A stretch of 64,000 nucleotides of DNA, from positions 209,622,001-209,686,000 of the forward strand of contig NC_042997.1 in assembly GCF_006345805.1 (NCBI RefSeq), in the 5' to 3' direction. Both the position numbers and the translations under genes were made by a program. The notes under the pieces were generated by a model. The model saw only the letters and a program-made list of their open reading frames with translations, searched no databases and was not told where the DNA came from. Positions 52,166 to 62,950 of this stretch are shown piece by piece (the first letter of the stretch is position 1; each line of letters opens with the position of its first letter). Source of the DNA: Octopus sinensis (lineage: Eukaryota).

Positions 52166-52735
52166 ACATGCACAAAAACACGAAGATGCACAAACATACT
52201 CTCAAACACACACACAAACACACAGATGCACACAGACAAAGCATCAAATACATACACACATGCTAATGATGGGGGTTTCTCTCCTCTCTCTCCCTTCCTC
52301 CCCATCACTCCTCTTCCTCTCGCTCCCTTCCTCCCTGTCACCATCACTCTCCCTACCTCTCCATCTCTCCCTCCCTTCCTCTCCATCTCTCTCTCTTTCT
52401 CTCCATCTCTCCCTCCCTTCCTCTCCATCTCTCTCTCTTCTCTCTCTCTCTCTCTCTCTACATGCACAAAAACACGAAGATGCACAAACATACTCTCAAA
52501 CACACACACAAACACACAGATGCACACAGACAAAGCATCAAATACATACACACATGCTAATGATGGGGGTTTCTCTCCTCTCTCTCCCTTCCTCCCCATC
52601 ACTCCTCTTCCTCTCGCTCCCTTCCTCCCTGTCACCATCACTCTCCCTACCTCTCCATCTCTCCCTCCCTTCCTCTCCATCTCTCTCTCTTTCTCTCCAT
52701 CTCTCCCTCCCTTCCTCTCCATCTCTCTCTCTTTC
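52140..52735 (+). repeat. Tandem duplication with a 294-bp period, followed by a (CT)-rich tract to about 53075
   Basis: acatgcacaaaaacacgaag starts at 52166 and again at 52460. Confidence 0.9.
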
Positions 52736-53162
52736 TCTCCATCTCTCTCTCTCCCTCCCTCCCCATCACTCTCCCCTCTTTCTCTCGCTCCCTCCCTCCC
52801 CATCACCATTACTCTGCTCCCTCTCTCTCCCTTTCTTTCCATCTCTCCCCTCCTCTCCATCTCTCCCTCCCTTCCTCTCCTTCTCTCCCTCCCTTCCTCT
52901 CCATCTCTCACTCCCTTACTCTCCATCTCTCTCTCCCTTTCTCTCCATCTCTCTCTCCCTTCCTCTCCATCTCTCTCCCCCTTCCTCTCCATCTCTCTCC
53001 CCCTCCATGTTTCTTCCTCTACTTCCCTCTCTCTCTCTCTCTCTCTCTGCCTCCCTCTCCCTTTCCCCATCTCCCCTCACACTTGGATGTTACATGTTCC
53101 CTTTCCCTAATGTGCACTCCCCCCCCACACCTCCACTCTCAGAAGAAATGAAGGATACTGCT

Positions 53163-53176
53163 GTTACCATGGCAAC
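53163..53176. promoter_or_regulatory. RFX X-box motif GTTACCATGGCAAC
   Basis: Matches the GTTRCCATGGYAAC consensus and lies in unique sequence. Confidence 0.5.
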
Positions 53177-53998
53177 CACAACTGAGCTACCAGCCAGTTT
53201 GTTCCAATAAATCTCCTCTGCCAGCCACTTTATGCTTCACTTGAATATTTAAGATTCTGCTCAGAGACGGCAGTGAAAGCTGCTGGTTGCTTTATTGCAT
53301 GTCTTGCAGAATGATGGCTTACCGTTCCTTTCTGCGTGGAATGCTTCCTAATGAACTTGCTATCGTCCAGCTAATTATACAGCACATTAACTGCCAAAAG
53401 GAGACTGGGGAATTTACTTGTTTAACCCCAGGTCAACCTCGATCAAAAGCAGACCGGTAACCAGAAACAGATCTTTGATCAAAAGACTCTCCTGTCTTTC
53501 CTTTTGTGCAGGGAAAAACTCTTGACTTCATAATCCAATTTGGCCTTTGTTTTCAAAGGTAATAGAGTGGGATCTGAAGGAGATATGGTTGCTATTTCTA
53601 ATGACTTAAGTGGCCATGTATTGATTCCGTCATTGTTTTGTGTTTAGAGCTGTGCTTAGGTGTGGGTACGTAGGAGAGAGGTACTTTACATACTTCTTGG
53701 GTTACTGTTGCTGTCATTGAACTTCTGGTTAGTCCTGATCTGGCAGAGCCGTGACCAATGACATGCCATCTGTAATGATGATGATGATGATGATCGTCGT
53801 CATCATCATTTAATGTCTGACTTTCCTGCTGGAATGGGTTGGACGGTTTGGTGGCATCCAATGAGTCAGAGGACTGTATCGAGCTCCAATGTGTTTTGGC
53901 AGGGCTTCAACGATTGGATGCCCTTCTCAACATTAATCCTCTTTTATAAATACATAACTGACCCATAACTTCTTGCTCCTTCTCCCTCTCCTCCTCAG

Positions 53999-54135
53999 CA
54001 TCACCATTTGCCGTTCAAGAATTTGGACCTGGAGATCTCCATTTCCAGCGACTTCGAGGGCCAGTGACTCCCAGTGGTGTCGGGCGTCAACGAAGAGCCC
54101 TCGACTACAAGACGACCAAAATTTTTTTTTCCAAG
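53999..54135 (+). CDS. Internal coding exon (SPFAVQEFGPGDLHFQRLRGPVTPSGVGRQRRALDYKTTKIFFSK)
   Basis: Branch-like taactgac, long polypyrimidine acceptor cttcttgctccttctccctctcctcctcag, donor AAG|gtctgg, and 137 nt open (phase 1 to 0). Confidence 0.65.
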
Positions 54136-54466
54136 GTCTGGGGTCTCCCACCCCTAAGCCCTAGACCATCACCTAATCACCCTTACCCGTCTTGTTGCTT
54201 AACAACAACAACAACAGCATCACCATTTAACATCCGTTTTTCATGCTGGCATGGGTTGGACAGTTTGACAGGAGCTGGCCAGCCAGAGACATGCACCAGG
54301 CTGCAGTCATCTGTTTCGGCTTGGTTTCTATGGCCGGATGCCCTTCCTACTTTACAAAATCTATTGGGTGCTTTTTACATGGCACCAGCACAGGTACTGC
54401 ATACCTGGCACTGGCACAGATCCTTTTTACATGGCACAGGTGCATTTTACTATGCATTGTCTAAGA

Positions 54467-54717
54467 TAGTGTTTCTCAACCATTCTTTGCCTATGGACCC
54501 CTTTGGTTCCTGTTATACTCAAGTGGATCCTCCTAATCATTTGATGTTTAAAGGATCCTATTATATTTCTACAATCCAATGTTAGGAATTGTATAAAAAT
54601 AATTTTTAAAATACTTTGTGTATTTTAGAAGTATGACCAATTTATTGCAGCTAAATTTTAACACCAAAATCTGTATGGACTCTTAAGGGCCATCTGGACC
54701 CTGGGTGAGATCCACTG
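54467..54717. mobile_element. hAT (Charlie-like) MITE
   Basis: TIRs tagtgtttctcaacc / gggtgagatccactg and a perfect 8-bp TSD GTCTAAGA (54459-54466, 54718-54725). Confidence 0.85.
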
Positions 54718-54739
54718 GTCTAAGATGACTCTGTCCTTG

Positions 54740-55175
54740 AAAATTACTATTTGTAAATCTCACAACAAGAGATATTCAGCAACAGTACTTTGGAGTAAAG
54801 ACTGTTTGCCAACATAACATGGCAGTCCTGATTTAGGATGAATGTTGCTGTAATTTAGCCCCAGAAGACATCGTCTCCAGCTGGCTATACGACACAATCT
54901 GTGTCCTTATATTTTCAAACAAGGGAATCTAGTATCCCCACTCAGCTCCAGCAATATCTGTGTATTGCGATTTCCAAGTTCTTTCCCTTCAACAGGGAAA
55001 TAAAAGGACACTGATCATGTCGTATAGCCAGCTGGAGACAATGTCTCCTGGGGCTAAATTACAGCAACATTCGTCCTAAACTAGGACTGCCATGTTATAT
55101 TGGCAAACAATCTTTACTCCAAAGTACTGTTGCTGAATATCTCTCGTTCTGAGATTAACAATTAGTAATTTTCTA
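54740..55175. mobile_element. F5 foldback with a degenerate HHR (54958-54995, - strand)
   Basis: Arms at about 54740-54910 / 55005-55175. The - strand reads CTGTTGA-AGGG...GAAA-TCGCAA-TA-CACAGA. Confidence 0.7.
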
Positions 55176-56036
55176 AACTAATGACACTTATTTATTTTAT
55201 TGATTCCCTGTTAGCTTGTTGTCTTGTTGCATTCAGACGTTAACTTACCGGCTTCAGCTTCTGCCATTAAATCTCTGATCTGTTGATTGATCTCTGTATA
55301 AATGGATGCAGGTGTTGTATCTTTATCAGATCACCATTTGATTATGCGTTGAATATTGCTGTCGTCTTTGAGCTGTTGTGTCCTCAGTATGCCTTCACTT
55401 GATTGATTGAATTCAGCATCAAGCTGTTAACATGGTGGAGCATCTTCTTTCTTCCTGAACGGAGTCTTTGGCTCATCATCAAAATGTATCTTTGTTATGT
55501 CTTTGCTCTAAGTATTTCCATGGTCATTGCTCTGACATTGTTACTGGTCGAGTACCCTCTGTCAAAACCTTCAAACATGTCACCTATTTCTCTTGCCAGG
55601 CACAGAGTTTCTCTGTTGAGCTTTCTGTTGGTCATAACTCCTTTTATCCTAATAACTTCTTTCCTCAAACTGTTGCTCTCCAGAACTCAGTACCATCATC
55701 TTGTTTCCCACTGGTCCATGATATTCAGCTCTTTAAGCTTTCAATCAATCGATATCCTTTCAATTTGTAACTCCCCCCTCCACTCTTTACCTTCTTTGTT
55801 ATCCCTTATGCTGCAGGGGCCTCAAATCTTGTTTGAGGCAAAATCATATTCTCTTTTGTTTTCACTCATTTGACTGACCATATTGGAGCACTGCCTTTAG
55901 TCGACGAATCAACCTCAGGACTTATTCTTTGTAAGCCTAGTATTTGTTCTATTGGTCTCTTTTGCCAAACTGCTAAGTTACATGAACGTAAACACACCAA
56001 CATCAGTTGTCAAATGATGGTGGAGGGACAAACACA

Positions 56037-56072
<36 letters not shown>

Positions 56073-56439
56073 CACACACAATGGGCATCTTTCAGTTACC
56101 GTCTACCAAATCCACTCACAAGGCTTTGGTCGGCCCAAGGCTATAGTAGAAGACACTTGCCCATTGTGTCACATAGTGGGACTGAAACCAGAACCATGTG
56201 GTTGGTAAGCAAGTTCCTTACCACACAGCTACGCAAGCGCCTATCCCATAAATAATTCCTGGATGGATGGTAAACCTTAATCAGTTACCTGGTTTAATAT
56301 CACCACTTGACCTTTAGGTACCTTTAGCAGAGGCCATGCTGCAGCAAGCATTTTAAGCTAAGTCTTTGGTTTAAAGTTAACTTCTCTTTCTCCCCACCAG
56401 ACACAGAAAGTCTGTAAAATCATGTTGCCCTTCCTCCTC

Positions 56440-57083
56440 TTAACCCTTTCGTTACCATATTTCTGTAGAGATGCTCTGTGTTTCTTTCAATTAATTATAA
56501 ATATAACAAAGAATTTAGTAAAATAATTTAGTTATCTTTCAGCTAGTGTCAGGAACATAAATTGTGACTAAGGTTTGGTGGAAGATTTTAATTCAAAACT
56601 TATGAAAACAAGACATTTGTACTACAGAGTCAGAGGTGGTTTCAGCTGGGCTGGTAATGAAAGGGTTAAATTAATCATTTGTTAACCCTTTTGTCACCAT
56701 ATAACAAAGAATTTAGTTATCATTAAGCTAGTGTTGGGAACATAAATTGTGACTAAGGTCTGGTGGAAGATTTTAACTGAGAACTTATGAAAACAAGACA
56801 TTTGTACTACAGAACCAGAATTGGTTTCAGCCAGGTTTGTATTGAAAGAGTTAAATTAATCATTTGTTAACCCTTTTTATCACCATATTTCTGTTGAGAT
56901 GCTCTGTGTTTCTTTCAATTAATTTTAAATATAATAAAGAATTTAGTAAAATAATTTAGTTATCATTAAGCTAGTGTCAGGAACATAAATTGTGACTAAG
57001 GTTTTGGTGGAAGATTTTAATTCAAAACTTATGGAAACAAGAACCAGAGGTGGTTTCGGCCGAGTTGGTATCAAAAGGGTTAA
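56440..57083. mobile_element. Three tandem piggyBac-like MITEs
   Basis: Units at 56440-56669, 56682-56854 and 56867-57083, each bounded by TTAACCCTTT...AAAG(G/A)GTTAA. Related copies lie near 31598 and 41735-41942. Confidence 0.8.
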
Positions 57084-57200
57084 GCATTCCACCTAAAACT
57101 TCTCAAGTGGTGGAAACCAACCCATCACTATTTGTGTCCTATAAGTCATCACAACAGAAAGATTATTAATATTCAGTTATTCTCTGCCACATATTTGCAG

Positions 57201-57233
57201 GAACATCAACTGCAACAAGAAAAGAAACTATAA
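57201..57233 (+). CDS. Candidate terminal exon (EHQLQQEKKL* in phase 0; alternatively TSTATRKETITKSFSLTEYIEV* in phase 1, ending at 57271)
   Basis: Acceptor ccacatatttgcag. Phase 0 fits the 54135 donor. AT-rich sequence with AATAAA follows. Confidence 0.3.
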   Translation, partial: EHQLQQEKKL

Positions 57234-57757
57234 CGAAGTCCTTTTCTCTGACGGAATATATTGAAGTGTAAAAATAAAAAATAAAATTTTCAATAATAAG
57301 TTGGTAAATTCTTCCAAGAATAAACTTGCAAGGAACTTCTTGAAAATTCAGCAGTAATCTCATAATATCCTTTTGACACATTGTTTTTATATTAATATCT
57401 GCAATAAGATCTCTGGAATCAGTCTTACATATATAATTTAGTTTTCTAAAATCATTGATCGGTGACAAAACCATTCTCTACGGATCTTCAGATGCTAATC
57501 TTGGTACCTTGTTTTTATTATTATTCATTTTATTACTTTTTCCAAAATTCTAAATTGAATGAAGTTTGCTGCTGTCAATATTATCTATGGATTTTGTCTT
57601 TCTTTATTCTGAGAATATGGTAAATATTAAAATTCAATTCCTGTCATTCGGTAAACAATGGAGGAGATTCCAGTCTCAGACAACAAGCATAATTCCAGTG
57701 CTGTTTCACTCTTGAAGTGTTGGATGCAATAATGGTGATTCTTTCAGGGGGGGGGAG

Positions 57758-57840
57758 GGTGTTATAGCTGTGTGGTTAAGGCGACAGACTAGAAATTCAT
57801 TGGGGTCTCCCTGCAGAGGTTCAAATCCTAATCAGTGATG
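57758..57840 (+). pseudogene. Decayed tRNA-Ser(AGA) pseudogene
   Basis: gtggttaaggcgacagactAGAaattcattggggtctccctgcagaggttcaaatcct matches metazoan tRNA-Ser(AGA), including the long variable arm. The acceptor stem and CpG sites are decayed. Confidence 0.75.
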
Positions 57841-58579
57841 TTAGTTTTGTGGGGTTTTTTTTTTTTGTCAGCACAGGTATGGTTGTGTTGTTGAGAAACT
57901 CACTTTGCAACCATGTAGTTCTGAGTTCAGTTCCACTGTATGGTACCTTGAGCAAGTGTCTTCTACCATAGCCCTGGGCTGACTAATTCCTTGTGAATGA
58001 ATTTAGTTGACGAAAACTATATGGAAGCCCTTGATATGTATGTGTGTGTGTGTGTCTTTGTTCCACCACCACTTGATAACCATTATTGGTTTGTTTACAT
58101 CCCCATAAGTTAGCAGTTCAGCAAAAAAGATCCATAAAATAGGTGCCAGGCTTACAAAATAAGTTCTGGGTTCGAGTCATTTGACTAAAAGTTCACCAAG
58201 ACAGTGCCCCAGTATGGCCACAGTCCAATGACTCAAACAAATAATAAAGAAAAAGAGATAAAACAATGATAATGAATGATAGAGCAGGACGCTATCCCAT
58301 GATTCCATTATCTCAGCCTCAAAAGGGTGTCACATGATTGCTTTTCCTGTTTCTCCCGAATTTATTTCCTGTCAACTAAATAATTAATTCAGCTTGTTAT
58401 CAGTTGTTAATGAGATAATTAAATATTTTTGTTATTTATTTTTTGCTTCTATTCTTCAGTGTTTGAATTATATTTTCTTCAATTTCTCCCTTTTTTTTCA
58501 ATAATCTCTTGTCATTCTTTAATCTCCAGTTTTTTGGCTTCTTTTGATTGTTATTTACGGAGATTTGTTCTTCATCACT

Positions 58580-58612
<33 letters not shown>

Positions 58613-58844
58613 GTCATCATCATTGTGATGATCATCGCTGCTGTCACCTTTATAATCTCTGGTATTTCTATTATCACTATCCTCATCATTGAGGTGATTT
58701 GACTCCCATTAACATGTCAACGAGAATGACTTGCTGTATTTGCATTGGTTCTCTGCACCCTGAGTTCAAATCTCACCAAGGTCAACTTTGCCTTCCATCT
58801 TTTCGGGGTCGATCAAAGTACTGTGGTCAATCCCCCTTCTCTCT

Positions 58845-58995
58845 CACTCCCTCTTCTCTCTCTCACTCCCCCTTCTCTCTCACCCCCTGTCTCTCACTCC
58901 CCCTTCTCGCTCACTCCCCCTTCTCGCTCACTCCCCCTTCTCGCTCACTCCCCCTTCTCTCTCACTCCTCCCTTTTCTCTCACTCTCCACTCCTC
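58845..58995. repeat. About 17-bp pyrimidine-rich tandem repeat (tcactcccccttctcgc)
   Basis: Seen directly. Confidence 0.85.
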
Positions 58996-59697
58996 TCTCT
59001 GGATTGTACCCATAATTCAAAGCATCAATCTTATTGTTTCATGCTGATTCAGCTTGTCTGAGGGATACTCAGCCACTTCTATGTCAATTTCCCTATTAGG
59101 GATTCACTTTGTTGATCATTGAGACTGACAAAGATTCTTAATCATCATCAGTCATAATCCTTTCTCCCAGAGGCACAAAGCCTGAAATTTTGAGGAGAGG
59201 GGTAAGTTGGTTACATCAACTCCAGGGCTCGGCTCGTACTTATTTCACTGACCCCGAAATGAGGAAAGGCAAAGTTGACCTCGGTAGAATTTGAACTCAG
59301 AATGTAAATACAGACAAGCTGCTATTAAGCATTTTGCCCAGCATGCTAACAGTTCTGCCAGCATATTGCCTTAATCATCACCATCATCATCATCATTATT
59401 GCTATCAACATCACTACCTATCATTTCATCATCACCTTTGTCAGCATCTGTACCCCCTTTAGCATCTTAGCTGGCCATATCTGGCCCAAAAGTGGGGGTG
59501 CATGGTTTAGTGGTTAGGGTAGTGTTTCTCAACATTAATACCCTTGCGTAACCCTTAAAATAAATTACATCTCCCAAGGAACCCATGCATGAAAAAATTA
59601 TATATCATATCTTTCTCATATTTTTTCATCATAGTCCACGTAGTAAATATGATATATATATATAATCAAAATAAGCAACAAGGATATCCAGAGGTAA

Positions 59698-59785
59698 TGC
59701 AGTACAATTGTTTCATGCAACTCCATTTAATTGAACAATGCAAATATTACATCAATTTTAAAATGTAGACCAATCTTCAGCTGCA
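59698..59785 (-). ncRNA. Type I hammerhead motif, family F9, inside an inverted repeat (about 59661-59690 / 59868-59896)
   Basis: TGCAG-CTGAAGA-...-GCAT-GAAA-CAATTG-TA-CTGCA. Stem I is 5 bp, stem III is ACAATTGT, and the stem II base is poorly paired. Confidence 0.6.
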
Positions 59786-60819
59786 AAAAAATATAGAATT
59801 TAGTTAAATTCAAAGGATTCATTTGTATAGTTATTCTATTAACCAAAATTACAAAGAGGATAAGTAGCTGGATATCCTTGTTGTTTATTTTGATTGTAAT
59901 CACCCCATTTTGAATTATATGGATAATACCATATTAAATTCTGGTGCCTTTAACTTAAGTACCATATTCAACTGAATCTAAATTTTACTGAACTTTTATA
60001 TATATATATATATATATATACAAGGACAAACAATTCGTAAGGAAAAATATAATTCCCGAAAATGAATTTGCTTATCATTTTTTAAACCCAGTCATTCCAG
60101 ATGATAACAAAATTAATAATATCTTAGCAAATTAATTTTTGAGAATTATATTTTTTCTCATCAATTGCTTGCCCTTATATAGAGAGTATTTCTTTCTCTG
60201 ATGGCTGGAATTTGATTTTGGCACAAAATGAATCCATTACAGCGCAGACTTCGATACAAGTAGTTTGGGGTCTCTTTTCATGGTAACACGTGCTGATGAC
60301 GTTAATGTGATTTTATTTATTTTGCCAGTACAGAAACCAGTCCACGTGAATCCTTATACTTAAATGTACATTAAGAGATTTTATTAACCTGATCTGCTTC
60401 AGTTGATTTCTGTGGTTATCATCAGTGTAAATTTTGGTGATTTAAATAAGAGTTTTGACTGTTATTTCCAGCAGGTAGACATACTTAGTATGATACAGCT
60501 CTATATTTAGGAATGAGAACCCAGGTCTATATTAGGAATGAGTACCCAGGTATATATATATATATATCACCGTGATCACCGTGACCGACCAGGCTATCAG
60601 ATACTGCTACACATCGCTGGTCACAATGCACTTTGCATTGTTTTTAGCCTTCATTCTATTTTCTCGCCCAGTTTATTTTTGTGTTCCTTCCTGTTGAAGA
60701 GCATAGGCTCAAAACATAAAAGACTTTCTCACTTTCCGAGCATTAAACTAAATACATCTGTTTGTTATTTACACACCTGTCTTCATCTTTTGTTTTTTTG
60801 TAAATTCTCACTATATATA

Positions 60820-61210
60820 TAGGCGTAGGAGTGGCTGTATGGTAAGTAGCTTGATTATGAACCACATGGTTCCGGGTTCAGTCCCACTGTGTGGCACCTT
60901 GGGCAAGTGTCCTCTACTATAGCTTCAGGCCGACCAAAGCCTTGTGAGTGGATTTGGTAGATGGAAACTGAAAGAAGCCCATCGTATATATGTATATATA
61001 TGTGTGTGTGTTTGTTCCCCCCAACATTGCTTGACAACCGATGCTGGTGTGTTTACATCCCTGTAACTTAGCAGTTCAGCAATAGAGTGTGATAGAATAA
61101 GTACTAGGCTTACAAAGAATAAGTCCTGAGGTGAATTTGCTCAACTAAAGGCGGTGCTCCAGCATTGCCACAGTGAAATGACTGAAACAAGTAAAAGAGT
61201 TAAAGAGTAG
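60820..61210 (+). mobile_element. Full-length SINE, family A
   Basis: Head ggcgtaggagtggctgtatggtaag through tail gaaacaagtaaaagagttaaagagta. Similar full copies lie at 48932-49275 (+) and 51325-51730 (-). Confidence 0.85.
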
Positions 61211-62566
61211 GTCCAAATATTCTACCTTGTTTCATTTCAAACTGGCTGCATTCAGCCCCTCACAAGTAGCCTACAATATCATTCTAGAAATAAACAATCA
61301 CATCATTGGCGTTAGGAAGGGCATCCAGCTGTAGAAACATTGCCTGATCAGATTGGAGCATGGTGCAGTGTTCTGGTTGTTCAGACCTCAGTCAAACCAT
61401 CCGACCCATGCCAGCATGGAAAACAGATGTTAAACGATAATGATGATCATTATATTCTCAAAGCTACAGGATATCATCATCATCATCGTTTAATGTCCGC
61501 TTTCCATGCTGGCATGGGTTGGACAGTTTGACTGAGGACTGTCGAGCCAGAAGGCTACACCAGGCTCCAATCTGATCTGCCAAAGGTTCTACAGCTGGAT
61601 GCCCTTCCTAACGCCAACCACTCCAAGAGTGTAGTGGGTGTTTTTACATGCCACCAGCACAAGGACCAGTCAGATGGTACTGGCAATGACCATGCTCAAA
61701 AGGTGTTTTTTATGTGCTACCTGCATGGGAGCCAGTCTAGCGGCACAGGCAACGACCACGCTTGAATGTTGTTTTCCACGTGCCACGGGCACATGTGCCG
61801 TTAAGGCAATTCTGGCAATGATCATGCTCGAATGGTACTTTTCACATGTCACCAGCATGGGAGCCAATCCGTGGACCTGGCAACGATCATGCTCAGATGT
61901 GCTTTTAGTGTTCCACTGGCACAAGTGCCAATCAGGCAGTACTGCCATTGGCCACGTCAGCGATTTTGATTTGATTTGATTTCACTTGCCTCAATAGGTC
62001 TTAGCAAGCAAAGTTTATTGTCCAATGAATGAGGGGTACTCATAAGTGGGCTGATTACACCCCATGCTTGGATGTGCTTTTAACGTTCCACTGGCACAAA
62101 TGCCAATCAAGCGGTACTGCCATCGGCCATGTCAGCGATTTGGATTTGATTATGTATGATTAATTAAAAGCAGTGTGAATAAATAAGCAATATATTTGAT
62201 AGTAATCTGAATGCTAAAGAGTTAACAGGAGAAATCCTTGCTGCTAATAAAACAAACCCCTTTTCAAAACTTCTCCCATCCCTCTGTTATTAAAGCTACT
62301 GTATTATCACCTGTACATCTCCAACGTTAATTAGGTCACCTAGGTAACAGAAACTACCAACTACTTTTCTCATTGAACCAACAACTGAGCTGGTAATGTA
62401 CTTTTGTCACTAGGTGTCCTTCATGCTGACTGCTTTAGTACATCTGCACCAGGTTATGTCCTGGTTCTCTCTCTCTCTCTCTCTCTCTCTGTTCTCCTGA
62501 AATCTCATTGCATCTTTTGTGTACTCATTGCATTGAGTTCACAATAAAATGAACAGCAGTGCCAAG

Positions 62567-62950
62567 TGGAGGTGCAATGACCCAGTGGTTAGGGCAGCGG
62601 ACTCGCAGTCGGAGGATCACTGTTTCGATTCCCAGACCGGGCGTTGTGTGTGTTTATTGAGCGAAAACACCTAAAAGCTCCACGAGGCTCCGGCAGGGGG
62701 TGGTGGCGACCCGTGTTGTATTCTTTCGCCCCAACTTTCTCTCACTCTTTATTCCTGTTTCTTGTCCCCGACTTCCCATGCAACTGCTGAGCCTGGATGT
62801 GCATTCATCCATCCATCGATCCTCTCGGTGTCGGTGGTTGACCTGCTTTCTCTTCTGCGGGTCTTACGAATAGCAAAGGACCACGTTTTGGACTTCTACA
62901 GACAATCCTGAGGCGTGATCTTGTGAGCTCTGGGACAAAGACCGCTTCGC
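62567..62950 (+). mobile_element. tRNA-headed SINE of a further family
   Basis: Head ggaggtgcaatgacccagtggttagggcagcggactcgcag...gtttcgattccc; an inverted partial copy lies at about 2240-2360. Confidence 0.7.

Noticed and set aside
53323-53390. - strand segment with a ttttggcag acceptor and a gtaagc donor
   Set aside because: No phase-compatible neighbour, and the peptide is unremarkable.
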